From Abditibacteriaceae bacterium (lineage in GTDB: Bacteria > Armatimonadota > Abditibacteriia > Abditibacteriales > Abditibacteriaceae), in NCBI GenBank assembly GCA_031372065.1, contig JANMKN010000198.1:1-38732 (forward strand): a stretch of DNA of 38,732 nt. Reading direction: 5' to 3'. A program made the translations under genes and the position numbers. The stretch's first letter is position 1. Each line of letters begins with the position of its first letter. This document shows positions 16,981 to 27,445 of the stretch, one piece after another. A model generated the notes under the pieces. It saw only the letters and a list, made by a program, of their open reading frames with translations, made no database searches and was not told the DNA's origin.

Positions 16981-18966
16981 TTAGGAGACATACACCAGAG
17001 ATGAAGCATATATCTTGTCAAAGACGGGCTGCCAGAGCGCCCAATCCTTGGCCGGGGCCGAAACCGAGATCACATAGCTGTTCCAGCCATCGGTATAGCC
17101 CAGAAGTCGCTTGTGCAGGCGCGGGCTACCCTCTTTGTCCATTTCGTAATCCCACACGCTGGCCGCCTGCCCTGCCCAAAGCGTGCTGCCTAAATTCAAG
17201 CGGCGATAAGCCTTGCCAAAGCGCCGTTTTAGCTCCGCCTCCGCGCCGCTCCAGTTGATTGGCTGCGGGGGAATGGATTGACTGCGCGCGCCGACTTCCA
17301 AGAGCATGAAAACCGAAGCCAGCGTCGAACGGGAAAACAAGCGCCGGTAGCGCCCTTCACTTTGCGATTCGGCCCGCCACAAAGCGGGAACGGTCGCGCG
17401 CAAGGTGGGTCGCCCGTCCACCTGCCTTGCTTCCCAGTTGCCGCTATTCACGCGTGCCACTTCGCCTTGGCAGCGGCGGGTCTGCTCCTCGTTCAATTGC
17501 GCCAGCATCGTTTTATCCCCGGCCTGCGCTTCCGCCTGCCTTTCCGCCTGCGCCAATTGCCAGCCCAATTGCTCCACGCTGTCGGACGACGAACTTTCGT
17601 CGCTGTTGAGGCGCCATAACGCCACCAAGTCCTTGCTAAAACTTTGCAGCGCGGCGCGGTTGGTTTTGAGATTGGCTTTCAGGTAAGAGGCGGCCCCAGC
17701 CCCATTGCCCGCCTTGAGACGGGCCAACAGTTCTCTGGCCTGCGGGCTGCTTTGGCCGATACGATCCCGCGCGCGGCGCAAGACAGCGCTGCCGCCCCAG
17801 AGAGTAGCTTGGGTAACGAGGTCACCAGAACGCAAAATCCCGGCATGACCATCGGCATAGATAATGGGTGCTTGCGGCCCCAGCCCATCGCCATTATGCC
17901 GCAGATCGAAGTTGCAATCCGCTGTTTCAACTTTCCCGGAAGTCTGCCGCGCGGCAAAGGAAGGCCACGAGGGATAGGGCGGCAAGAGCGACAGATCATG
18001 CTGGGTGCCGCCATCAGCCAGCAATAGGGTGGCAGTGGGAGCATCCGCTTCCGAGCCTTTGGCAGTGGCTAACACAGGGTTCAAGGCATAGGACGAAACC
18101 AAGCCTTGTGCTGTTACTTGTGATGCCGCGCCTTGTGACGCTGTGGGCACAGGTGGCCCCACCGGACAGATCAAATCCTCTGCCTTGGCGCGGCCCCGTA
18201 GCAGCGATACCCATGTCGCGCGCTGGCCTTGTTTGCTTTGGTAATCCACGGGCGGAAAGCGCCCGTCGTAATCCTGCGCATAGGCCGAGAGCGCCAGCGC
18301 CACGGCGCGAAGGTGCGTGCTGCATAGTTCCTGCTTGCCCGCGCCGGTATAGGGATAATAGGCTTGCGCAATCCCGGCAAGCACGGGCGGCCCGGTCAAG
18401 CGCCCAAAGGCCAGCGCCACACAGCAAGTGCCCACCAGCGCCAAGGCGCGGTTGAGCGTTGGCAGCTCAGACCACAGCGTGCGGTTGAGGAGCCGGGGCC
18501 GAACCGGACTGCTATAGTGCCACGGCAGCGCCAAATCCCTGGCGGATGTTGGTCTTGAATATGATGGTATGGATGGCGGTTCATGGCGTAAGGGAGGATG
18601 TGCGGGCTTAGGTGCTGGCTTAGGTGCGGGCAGGCGGGATTCTGTGGGCAAGTCGTTTGGCAGGCCTGACGACTCAGTTCTCAAATGTTCGGTTACTGAC
18701 CGCCCAGTTACTGACGGCTTGGTTCTTGGCAGCTCGGTTACGGGTTCGGTGAGGGGCATAGACGATCCGCTTGCTGAATCGCTTACTGGATTTACTGGCA
18801 CGGCTTGATACGGCTCAAGTCTTTGCTCTTGAACTTCCTCAGCAGCAGCGCCAAAGTCATCGGCAACCTGAGCATCGGTGACCTCCGTGACCTCCGCTGC
18901 TAATGCCTTCTTCTCTTCTGGGCCTGCCTGCTTATTCTGCTCGCTTAACACATCATCAAGTCGCAT
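16981..18966 (-). CDS. Membrane protein with DUF1559/H-X9-DG-like domain and possible C-terminal PsbP-like domain
   Basis: C..HLRAVALAL.AYAQDYD.RFP, SYALN and RH...YADGH motifs, after a Pro-rich N-terminus and a TM segment. Confidence 0.75.
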   Translation of the reverse strand: MRLDDVLSEQNKQAGPEEKKALAAEVTEVTDAQVADDFGAAAEEVQEQRLEPYQAVPVNPVSDSASGSSMPLTEPVTELPRTKPSVTGRSVTEHLRTESSGLPNDLPTESRLPAPKPAPKPAHPPLRHEPPSIPSYSRPTSARDLALPWHYSSPVRPRLLNRTLWSELPTLNRALALVGTCCVALAFGRLTGPPVLAGIAQAYYPYTGAGKQELCSTHLRAVALALSAYAQDYDGRFPPVDYQSKQGQRATWVSLLRGRAKAEDLICPVGPPVPTASQGAASQVTAQGLVSSYALNPVLATAKGSEADAPTATLLLADGGTQHDLSLLPPYPSWPSFAARQTSGKVETADCNFDLRHNGDGLGPQAPIIYADGHAGILRSGDLVTQATLWGGSAVLRRARDRIGQSSPQARELLARLKAGNGAGAASYLKANLKTNRAALQSFSKDLVALWRLNSDESSSSDSVEQLGWQLAQAERQAEAQAGDKTMLAQLNEEQTRRCQGEVARVNSGNWEARQVDGRPTLRATVPALWRAESQSEGRYRRLFSRSTLASVFMLLEVGARSQSIPPQPINWSGAEAELKRRFGKAYRRLNLGSTLWAGQAASVWDYEMDKEGSPRLHKRLLGYTDGWNSYVISVSAPAKDWALWQPVFDKIYASSLVYVS

Positions 18967-19050
18967 GATTTTCTTCTCCTGTCAGAAATGTTCTATCCGA
19001 ATACCTACTCAAAGGCGCTTAATCAAAACTGCCCATCCAATCCCAACCAC

Positions 19051-20145
19051 CTATCCAAACGGGGGCACCTGCTGGCCGCTGTCCACATCCCACCACACCG
19101 CTTGCAACACGCGCTGCGGCGTGATCTCTTCCTGCAAGGCGACGCGGAACAACTGGTGCGGGCCGCTATTCGAGGCGATGGCTTTGGCGATGGTTTGCAG
19201 CCGCTTGGCGGTGGGCGCCACAAACAGCACGCGAAAGCCCAGTCCCACCGGCACCTGAAAATCGCGGGCAAAGCCGCCACCTTGCCAGTAGGCTGCGTAA
19301 GCCCGGCACTTGGCGGCCAAGGTGCGCTGCGGCTCGGTGCCGCGATCCACTTCGATAAAGGCATGATGTCGCACGAAGCCGTTAGGCTGCAAACCAGTGA
19401 GTCGCACCAGAGCGCCGCCGTCCGGCACAAGGGAGACATTTTGCTTGCGCCGCCCCGCTTCTTCGAGCGTCACGCGAAAGCGCACCCGCTCCCCCGGCAG
19501 CCATTCCAACAGCCGATACTCCTCCGCACCTTTGGCGCCCTGCAAAGCATCGCCTTTGGCCCCCTGCAAAGCATCGCCTTTGGCCCCCTGCATACCTCCC
19601 TGCGTGGCCCCTTGCAAACTGAGGCGCATCTGCCCGATGGCGAGCAGATGATCCAGCGCTGCCGGAGCGGGCAAGCGGGAGGGGGGAGGGGCCGACACCT
19701 CGCCGTGTATCACGCTTAAAACCCGCGCTCCTTCGCTGTCCAGCAGGTAGACCGGCTCACGGCTGCCCTTGGCTAAAGGCCGCGCGATGCGGCGCAAGTA
19801 GCGATGGTGGAAAAGCAGCTTGAGTCGCCGGGTCAACGTCAGTCGTGAAACAAAACGATGCGGCACATGAGGGTCGCAGGCGCGCAGCGTTTCGAGTTGC
19901 GAGGTCGTCAAAAAGCGGTAGTGCCAGACATCTTCCAGCACGGCGAGGTCACGCGGCGTCAGCAAGATCGGAGGCGCCTGCGGCAGTGCTTGTGGCGCTG
20001 CCCCTCTTTGCCCACTCTTCTGTCTCGCCCCATTCACCGGCCCCGCTTCTCGCCCGGCGGCGCGTCGGTAGCGTGGCAAAGCGCGCGGCAAGGCACCCGG
20101 TTCATCGGTGGCGTTTTCAGTGGGAATCTGGCTGTCGTTTTTCAT
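19051..20145 (-). CDS. Replication-relaxation family protein
   Basis: LTPRD..VL..V...RFLTT.QL, RRL..L, H.L.I, VPDG and AFIEVDRGTE motifs. Internal 24-bp repeat (QGAKGDAL). Confidence 0.88.
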   Translation of the reverse strand: MKNDSQIPTENATDEPGALPRALPRYRRAAGREAGPVNGARQKSGQRGAAPQALPQAPPILLTPRDLAVLEDVWHYRFLTTSQLETLRACDPHVPHRFVSRLTLTRRLKLLFHHRYLRRIARPLAKGSREPVYLLDSEGARVLSVIHGEVSAPPPSRLPAPAALDHLLAIGQMRLSLQGATQGGMQGAKGDALQGAKGDALQGAKGAEEYRLLEWLPGERVRFRVTLEEAGRRKQNVSLVPDGGALVRLTGLQPNGFVRHHAFIEVDRGTEPQRTLAAKCRAYAAYWQGGGFARDFQVPVGLGFRVLFVAPTAKRLQTIAKAIASNSGPHQLFRVALQEEITPQRVLQAVWWDVDSGQQVPPFG

Positions 20146-20510
20146 CTTGCTTACGGTTCATTTTGTGGTGCATCTTGTCGTTTCACAGCACCTTGCGCTT
20201 GTATGGTGACTATATGTTTCGGTTATGCGTTTGCGTGCCCTAAACTGTATGTTTCTCACCGCATGGCCGAAACATACACCTTAAAGCGGCGTTTTACGCG
20301 TAAATCCACGCTTTTTCACGCATAAATTGTGCTTCTGCGCTTTGGCGCTCACTTGCAGCCAAATTACGGCGACATGTGCCATTTTCAGGGCGCGCAATAG
20401 GCACGCAAAAAGACACCTTGTGATTCAGGGTGCTGCATACCACTCGGCACAGGAATTTGCATGGCAGTTTGCCTTTCATTTGGTTAGCGGGTGGCGTCCT
20501 CTATGCAGTC

Positions 20511-23500
20511 CTATTCTGCCCCTTTTGCCCCTTGATGATCGTCTTGCTTTACTGGCTCATTTTGATTGTCCCGCTCGTTTTTCCCTGCAACTGCCCCCTC
20601 TGCCGTTTGCTCTGCCGCCTGCTCTGGCAGGCCAAAAAAGAGAGATTGAACTGGCCTTGTTGGGGCTGGTATTTGTTCGCTTGGTTGCTGTTGGCTTGGC
20701 GACGATTCTGCGGACGGCTGTTTAGTGGGCTGCTGTTTGCCCTGCCTGCTGGCCGGGCGTGCATCGGGCGGCGGTGGCAGTTTAGGGGACTGATTAACGC
20801 CATCTGAATCTTGGAACTCATCTGCGCTAACATCGAAGCTAACATCGAAGCTAACATCGAACTCCTCCTCTAATTTGCCCCCTTGTTGGCTTGGTAGTTG
20901 GCTTGGTGGCGGCGCATTTTTCACCGGGGCTTTGGCCGCGCTGGGCTTCTCCTTACGGGCCTCCTTGGTTGTTTCTTTAGTTGATCCTTTCGCTGCTTTT
21001 TCGGCCAACGCCGCTGCCTCCAAAAGTTGGCGCAGCGCCTCGTCACTCTCCCGCAGTTCGGCCTCTACAGCGGCCCGTTCGCGGCACAGCAGCGAATGCG
21101 TCCTCTGCCGGATATAGGCTGCCGAATCGGGATCGGCGCCCAGCGTGGCCGGTTCCAAGGGCGAGAACGTCTGAATCAAAAAGCTATCGGCAGAGCGCCC
21201 CAAGCGGGCCACCGCCTGCCCACGTTCCAAGTCGGTCAGTTCCTTGGCGCCATACAAGCCGCCGAACTCACCTTCTAACGCGCGCCCGCTTTGCGCGCTG
21301 ACGCGAAAGCTAATCAGCGTCCCGGCATTGCTGCGGATGGCGGTGGGTAGACCTTCGCCCAATTGCTCCAAAAACTGATTTGCCATCACTAAAGACAGGC
21401 CCGCCTTGCCCGCTTCGGAAAGGATCTTCTCGAAGCTGCTGACGACGAAGTTCTGAAACTCATCTACATAAAGCGTAAAGGGTGTTCGTTCCTCGCGGCC
21501 TAATCTTAAATTGTGCATGGCGGCGAGTTGGATTTTGGAAACCAAAAGCGCCCCTAAGAAATGCGCATTGTCTTCGCCGATGAGACTTTGTGCGAGGTTG
21601 ACCAGTAGAATTTGCCCCTCGCGCAGCATTCTCCCGGCGTGCAATTTGGTCTGTGCGCCGCCGATGATATTGCGCACGACGGGACTGGAAAGGAGAAGGC
21701 CCAGTTTGTTGTAAACCGGCGCGAAAGCTGAGGCGCTGTAGCCGGGAAATTCGCTGGCCCAAAAGGTGTGCAGATCGGGGTCGGGCACTTTGGTCAGCAA
21801 GGCTTTGCGGTAATCTTTGCTCGCCAAAAGTGGACGGATGTCGCGCAGAGTCAGCGTTTTCGCTTCATGCGGCGTGCTGTAGGGAGACGACTCCGCCGCT
21901 AACAACGTGAGCAGAGCGTGGCGCAGAATGTGTTCAAGGCGATCACCCCAACTGGCGCGAAAGAGGCGGTGCAGAATCGCCAGCAGGTCGGAAACCAAGA
22001 GGCGTTTTTCCCATTCGCCCTCGGCTTGCAAAAGTCCCAGAGCGGGCGGGTGCGCCGTGTCAGAGAGATCGAGATAGAACACGTCGCCCTCGCGATGCGG
22101 CGGCACGCGGCGCAAAACGTCGAGCGCCAAATCGCCATGCGGGTCAATCAGGCACAGGCCCCGGCCAGAAAGCATATCTTGGCAGATGAGGTTGAGGAGC
22201 AGCGTGCTTTTGCCCATGCGGGTGGCGCCCAGCATATAGAGGTGGCGGTTGCGCATCGCATCCGGCCAGCGCACGATTTGCGGGTTTCCGTCATGAGGTT
22301 CTTTTGCGGGAAAGTCGTTTTCACCAGAGGCGAGCAGGCCAAGCGCCGCGCCAGGAACCACCTTGAGATAATCCGGCAAGTCACGGCGGCGCGGGTCATA
22401 GCGCAGCAGCTTGGGATGCAGCAGGCGCTCAGAGGGCGGGTGCCACAGGCCCGCCAGTTCGCTTTGGGAGAGCAGCATCCCAACGCGACGACTGCGCCGG
22501 TCCAGCAGGTCGCGCACGCGGTCACCGGCACCGTAACCGTTCTCTCCATAGCCCGTGTCATCCAAAGCCACCAACGCATTGCCTTCTTCCAACTCGCTGC
22601 CCTCGCTCCCGTAAGCGTCCACCGCCGTGCCAATGCGTCGGCAAATATCAAAGGCGCGTTCGGATAAGTGATGTTCGGCTAAGTGATGTTCGGATAAATT
22701 GTGTGCTAAGGCGGCGCCGTCTGAATGCTTCTGGCGGGCGGTAAATGCAAAAACCCGCAAGGCCACCGCCCACAGCGGCGCGACCAACTTGTAACGCAGG
22801 GCACGCTGCAAAGGCGTATCGCGCGTGTTGGGATGGGCGGCCTGAGTGGCGCCGTCGAACTGCTGCACCAGTAGCGCAAGCGAGGAGGCCCAGTTGTTCT
22901 GCGCCGGCGTCACCAGCAGTTGCACGCCCCCCACTTCCCCGGTTTGCAAAGTGCCCAAGGCACTGAGCAACGTGCCGTGCGGGTCGGCGGCGAAGGTTTC
23001 AAAGAGTTTGAGCGGGCGATAAGCGGGGTGATACAAGCCGAAATCCACCGCGCGCTGGGCGACATCACATTCCAGCAGAGGCAACAAGGCGCGCCGCAAG
23101 GCATCGTTTAGCAGATAATCCTTGGAGGCCGGTTTTGTGGTTTGACAGTTTTCAGCGCCCTCAGCGCGTGCCAGCGGAAAACAGTGGGCAAGGGCGGCGA
23201 TAAGGGCCGCGCTATCTTGCCGCGCACAAGCGATTTGGTAGCGAATTGAGCGGGCCTCAGCGATCAGTTCCAGCGCCAGCGGATAACGCAAGTGACGCAG
23301 CAGCGCAAAGAATTCCCCTGTTTGCGCGGGCGTTACCTTTTGCTCAACGGGCAAGGCAAGCGTGAAAAAGTGGAGCGAGGCGTTTGTATACGTGTTATCG
23401 TCGCGATTATCGCGCGGCTGGGGCACGCCATGCCAGCCGCCGCTTATGGCGTCGGTGTGGGGATCGAAAGGCACAAAAGCCGGTTCCAGTGCGATGGGTT

Positions 23501-23666
23501 CGGGAAACAGGTCGTAACCGCGCAAGCGCCGCTCCCACGCGTAAAGCGCTTCCAAGCGCCCCTCCGCGCCCGCTGCCAAATCGGGCAGTGGCGCGTTCCA
23601 GTCCGCGACCCTCTTTTCTCGGTTTTTCCCGGCGTGCGCGCCGCCCTTATACCAGAACCAAGACAT
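20511..23666 (-). CDS. VirD4/TraD-like type IV coupling ATPase
   Basis: RNRHLYMLGATRMGKS (Walker A), IDPHGDL, LYVDEFQNF (Walker B) and LSEAGKAGL.L..ANQ..Q. Low-complexity tail. Confidence 0.88.
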   Translation of the reverse strand: MSWFWYKGGAHAGKNREKRVADWNAPLPDLAAGAEGRLEALYAWERRLRGYDLFPEPIALEPAFVPFDPHTDAISGGWHGVPQPRDNRDDNTYTNASLHFFTLALPVEQKVTPAQTGEFFALLRHLRYPLALELIAEARSIRYQIACARQDSAALIAALAHCFPLARAEGAENCQTTKPASKDYLLNDALRRALLPLLECDVAQRAVDFGLYHPAYRPLKLFETFAADPHGTLLSALGTLQTGEVGGVQLLVTPAQNNWASSLALLVQQFDGATQAAHPNTRDTPLQRALRYKLVAPLWAVALRVFAFTARQKHSDGAALAHNLSEHHLAEHHLSERAFDICRRIGTAVDAYGSEGSELEEGNALVALDDTGYGENGYGAGDRVRDLLDRRSRRVGMLLSQSELAGLWHPPSERLLHPKLLRYDPRRRDLPDYLKVVPGAALGLLASGENDFPAKEPHDGNPQIVRWPDAMRNRHLYMLGATRMGKSTLLLNLICQDMLSGRGLCLIDPHGDLALDVLRRVPPHREGDVFYLDLSDTAHPPALGLLQAEGEWEKRLLVSDLLAILHRLFRASWGDRLEHILRHALLTLLAAESSPYSTPHEAKTLTLRDIRPLLASKDYRKALLTKVPDPDLHTFWASEFPGYSASAFAPVYNKLGLLLSSPVVRNIIGGAQTKLHAGRMLREGQILLVNLAQSLIGEDNAHFLGALLVSKIQLAAMHNLRLGREERTPFTLYVDEFQNFVVSSFEKILSEAGKAGLSLVMANQFLEQLGEGLPTAIRSNAGTLISFRVSAQSGRALEGEFGGLYGAKELTDLERGQAVARLGRSADSFLIQTFSPLEPATLGADPDSAAYIRQRTHSLLCRERAAVEAELRESDEALRQLLEAAALAEKAAKGSTKETTKEARKEKPSAAKAPVKNAPPPSQLPSQQGGKLEEEFDVSFDVSFDVSADEFQDSDGVNQSPKLPPPPDARPASRQGKQQPTKQPSAESSPSQQQPSEQIPAPTRPVQSLFFGLPEQAAEQTAEGAVAGKNERDNQNEPVKQDDHQGAKGAE

Positions 23667-23696
23667 GGGTTTAAATCTTAGGGGTTGAAAATCCCC

Positions 23697-24446
23697 TTAG
23701 TTTTCCGCTGCCGGATTATCAATCGAGGAATGAGTCGGGCCGCTGGGCGGCACTGACGGTGGTAGCGGCATGGTCGTTGGCAATGGCATCACATAGCCAC
23801 CCTGTGCGTAGCCGCCTTGCCCATAGCCAGTGGGCAGAACGCCACCTTGCTTATATTTGGCGTAGAACGATTGCAGGACGGGACGGCGCTCATGCTCTTC
23901 CAATGGTTTCAGGCCGCGCTCTTCGGCATACTCGACCAGCACTTCCTGAATGGCGCTGTGAATGAGGGTCAGGCACATCTCTGTCACATCGAAGCGATAG
24001 AGCGTCAAAGACGAGGGCTTGAAAACGACAAAGTATTTGAGCAGCGGATGTTCCAGCCACAGGAATTGCTTGGAAAAGGCCCAGTAGGAAACAAAGAGGC
24101 CACCCGGCAAAGGAAAGGCATAGAGGTAAACCACCAAGTCATCGTAGCGAATAATCAGATAGCGGGGCCGCGCACCAAAGATAGTGCCGTTGCCAAAGAG
24201 GTGGCCGGGGCCAAAACCGACCTTGGAATCGGGCAGTTGCGCCTCGTTCAAGCGCTCTTTGAGGCGCTGGTAAACGCGGGCATAAAAGAGATCGGCGGGT
24301 TCGGATAACCCTTGCACAGGATAGCTCCAATGCTGGATAGTCCACTCGGCGCGCGGCTGCCCCCAACCATAGCAAGCTAAAATCAGCAAGATACATCCGG
24401 CGATGCCCAAACCTACTGATAGCAACGAATCCATAGTCGTTTCCAC
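23697..24446 (-). CDS. Hypothetical membrane-anchored protein upstream of the coupling ATPase
   Basis: N-terminal TM and Pro-rich tail; 30 bp from the next gene. Confidence 0.7.
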   Translation of the reverse strand: METTMDSLLSVGLGIAGCILLILACYGWGQPRAEWTIQHWSYPVQGLSEPADLFYARVYQRLKERLNEAQLPDSKVGFGPGHLFGNGTIFGARPRYLIIRYDDLVVYLYAFPLPGGLFVSYWAFSKQFLWLEHPLLKYFVVFKPSSLTLYRFDVTEMCLTLIHSAIQEVLVEYAEERGLKPLEEHERRPVLQSFYAKYKQGGVLPTGYGQGGYAQGGYVMPLPTTMPLPPSVPPSGPTHSSIDNPAAEN

Positions 24447-24574
24447 TCCGTGTTTACAAGGAATTTATTCTTTGCCAAAAACAACAACGGGAACATCAAT
24501 GCCAAAATATAACAGCTAAAACATAACCGCTAAAACACAACGAGCTACAACAGGTGCTGTTGATCAGCAAAGGA

Positions 24575-24623
24575 CGGCAGGGAAAGCCAACTGAATTCAG
24601 CCTGTATTGGGCATTCCCTGCCG
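24575..24623. terminator. Hairpin downstream of the 929-aa gene
   Basis: CGGCAGGGAA (24575-84) pairs with TTCCCTGCCG (24614-23). The loop is long and the U tract weak. Confidence 0.4.
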
Positions 24624-24631
24624 CTTCCTGC

Positions 24632-27421
24632 CTACCTCCCGTAACGGCGTAGGGCATCCAGTAGCGAACTGGCGGCGGGCGAGAGGCCGTTTGGCAATAC
24701 TTCCCGTGTTTCTGCATCAGTGGGCATCGCAATAAGCTTGGCTTCCACGCGATCCTTGAGGCTAAGGCGAATCAGAACCGGGCGGTGATCGCTGATTTTT
24801 TTGATGTAATCGGGAAACTCCTTGTCCGCTGCCACGATGAAGTAATCGCCCGCATCGTAATCTTTGGCTAAATTCGGCGACAGGAAGATATGGTCAATCA
24901 AGGAGCGCGGGCCTTTGACATACGAAAAGGCACCGTCTTCTTCATCCTTGGCCGCCAAAGGCGTGAGGTGAGGCGCAGCGGCGTTATGGGAGCCACCCGC
25001 TACCAAATCCGCGAAGTCACCGCTGGCTAAGGTGGCATTGACATCGCCGCCTAAAATCCAGTCGCCGTCTTCGCCCGCCTCAATCATGCGGCGCACCGCA
25101 GCGGCTAAAATGCGGCTGGCTAAACGGCGGCGCTTGCTGCCTTCGTCCATCGCTTTGAGATGCAATGGCACCAAGAAAAAGTCGAACTCTTCTTTGAAGG
25201 AATCCTCGCGGCTGGCCGAGCGGAAGTAATAAAGCGCCGGGTAACGGTCAAAGATTTTGCCTTCGACGACTTCGAGTTGCAAATCGCTAAAACCAGTAGG
25301 AAATGCGTCTTGGCCTTCCGCGCTTTCCAGAAACGAGCCATCGCCAAAGTCGCGGCTGCTCAGTTGCAACCACGCTTCGATCTCATTGGGCCAAGCGCGC
25401 TTTTCGCCTCGCACCGTTTTGCGGTTCCACATCAGTGCTGTGGCCTGTTTGCCGCGCCCGGAGTTCGGCTCGGAAAAGGCGCAGTCAAAATCCATGTGGT
25501 ATTTGCTGTTGAGGTGATCCACCAACGCCTGCGTGGCTTCGGCTCCGGTTTCTTCGAGCGACCAGATGTCCAGATTCATCGCCACGATCACTTGGGCGAC
25601 CTCATCCAATTTGTCTTCGAAGCGGTTGACCAGCCATTCGACGTTCCAAAAGCCGACATCCAAATCGTCGCTTTCGCCCCGATAGCGGTTGACCACCACT
25701 TCCACGCCGGTTTCGGGGTGCGCGGTTTCGCGGCCCAAAGCGCCGAAAAAGCCCATCAGTTCGTCGGTGCCTCCAAAAAGGGCCAACACTTCGCGCGCCA
25801 TTGTGGCTTCTCCCCCGCCACCATTGCCGTTACCATTGCCGTTTCCCCCATTGGTTCCCCCGCCATGAGCGAGGTTTTCCAAAAAGGCGGCGATGGCCGA
25901 GAACTTGATACCCTCGTTTTCGATGCGTCCCGAACCGTCATCGGCGCTGCGGCTGGCGTGGTGCAGGGCAATGGGCGACCACTCGTTGCTCATCACGCAG
26001 GAGCCGGAACTGCCGGGCAAAGTGTCCGAATTGTAGCGAACCGCCAAAAGGTTTTGATTGACGACCTGGTTCTCTTGCACTACGACCACTTTGGGATCGC
26101 CGTTGGGATGCTGAATGATGTTGGCATAGTCGCGCTCATTGACGACGCGGGCGCTGCGATCCAGCGGCACAAAACCAAAGGTATCACCCGGTTTGCCATC
26201 CACCCAAACGAACGTGAAGTCCAGCGCTTCTTGAGAGAGCGCGTTTTGAATCGGGCTGGTAATGAAAAGGCGCTCCGGGTTGAGGCGGTAAACGGTTTCC
26301 GTTAAGAGACGTCCATCCGGCCCCGTCTGGTAGTTGAATAGCGCCCGCCCATTGCGCGCCACTTCCACCGAATTGAGAACGTGATGGTTGGTGAGCAGAA
26401 TATTGGGCGACACCAAAAAGCCAGTGCCCGACCACGCGCCGCTACGTCCGTCGTAGCTAACGCCGGAGGTTTTGATTTTGCAGACGGCTGCGGCGCGCCC
26501 GGTGCCGACTTCCAAAAACCACGCGGGCAGGAAATTAACTTCTTCCACAATGGCTTCCAAAGTCAGCGGCGAGATAGCCATTTCCGCCACCGTTGTAGGC
26601 GCGGACGCGAGAAACGGCACATTCAGCGAAAGGTTCTCATTTTCCGAAATGGCGCCAGAGGAATAAGCGGCGGGCGCGGCCACTGCAAACGCTTCGGCTC
26701 TCCTGTTTTCGAAGTTGGCGCTGTCGCTATTGGCGATTTCGCGATTGGCGATTTCGGGAGCGACAAAGGGGCCGGGATCGGGCACGTTGTCTTTGCCGAT
26801 ACGCTTGCTCAGAAAATGTGCCACCAAGGCGCCCAGCCATGGGAGACGTGGTTTGAGCCATTCCGCCTGATCCCGCGCATTGAGATCGCCGAATTCGATA
26901 ACGAACTCGGCATCGGTGGTTTGGGTGAAGGCAAAGCCGTAGTAGCCGCGCAGGTTGGCGGTAAAGTTATCGCCCATGAAGCCAAAGGGCCAGTAGCGAC
27001 CATACAGCGCCTTCCATGCTGATGCCGCCGGTTTGTCAGTGGGGTCGTTATAGCCGACGCTGGCTTTGCTGCTGCCGTTTTCCGATCCGTCGAAATGCAT
27101 AAAGACGGCGACTTTGCAGCGATAACGCCCCGACAGACTGGCTTTGGCGCGGATCACGCTGACGCCTGCTTGCCGCAAAATGCGCGTCGCTTCGTTGGCG
27201 ACAACTGGCGTCCAGTCAATCTCGCGGCCCAGTGGCCCTTCAGCACCGGTGGCACCCGTGGTGCGCCCCTCGTGGCCGGCTTGGATAAAAACATCCGCTG
27301 TGGCCGTAATAGCGGCTTCCAAGTCCAGCGCATCTTCTGTTAGTTCATCCGGTGCATCATCGTCCAAATAACCTTCGTCAATCATCGAATCCTCTCCCGT
27401 AAAATAAGAATCAAACGACAA
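24632..27421 (-). CDS. Fusion of Amidase_3-like, trypsin-like serine protease and EEP (endonuclease/exonuclease/phosphatase) domains
   Basis: Amidase: IQAGH, REI, MHFDG and VIEFG. Trypsin: GTGFLV...LLTNHHV, LDF and DTLPGSSGS...ALHH. EEP: FWNVEW, LEE, LHLKA, GGDVN, IDHI and SDHRP. Confidence 0.88.
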   Translation of the reverse strand: MSFDSYFTGEDSMIDEGYLDDDAPDELTEDALDLEAAITATADVFIQAGHEGRTTGATGAEGPLGREIDWTPVVANEATRILRQAGVSVIRAKASLSGRYRCKVAVFMHFDGSENGSSKASVGYNDPTDKPAASAWKALYGRYWPFGFMGDNFTANLRGYYGFAFTQTTDAEFVIEFGDLNARDQAEWLKPRLPWLGALVAHFLSKRIGKDNVPDPGPFVAPEIANREIANSDSANFENRRAEAFAVAAPAAYSSGAISENENLSLNVPFLASAPTTVAEMAISPLTLEAIVEEVNFLPAWFLEVGTGRAAAVCKIKTSGVSYDGRSGAWSGTGFLVSPNILLTNHHVLNSVEVARNGRALFNYQTGPDGRLLTETVYRLNPERLFITSPIQNALSQEALDFTFVWVDGKPGDTFGFVPLDRSARVVNERDYANIIQHPNGDPKVVVVQENQVVNQNLLAVRYNSDTLPGSSGSCVMSNEWSPIALHHASRSADDGSGRIENEGIKFSAIAAFLENLAHGGGTNGGNGNGNGNGGGGEATMAREVLALFGGTDELMGFFGALGRETAHPETGVEVVVNRYRGESDDLDVGFWNVEWLVNRFEDKLDEVAQVIVAMNLDIWSLEETGAEATQALVDHLNSKYHMDFDCAFSEPNSGRGKQATALMWNRKTVRGEKRAWPNEIEAWLQLSSRDFGDGSFLESAEGQDAFPTGFSDLQLEVVEGKIFDRYPALYYFRSASREDSFKEEFDFFLVPLHLKAMDEGSKRRRLASRILAAAVRRMIEAGEDGDWILGGDVNATLASGDFADLVAGGSHNAAAPHLTPLAAKDEEDGAFSYVKGPRSLIDHIFLSPNLAKDYDAGDYFIVAADKEFPDYIKKISDHRPVLIRLSLKDRVEAKLIAMPTDAETREVLPNGLSPAASSLLDALRRYGR

Positions 27422-27445
27422 TCACATCAGGCACAGCGAATGCCA

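Noticed and set aside
25160..26305. 381-aa plus-strand ORF
   Set aside because: It is antisense to the well-supported 929-aa gene and has no motifs.
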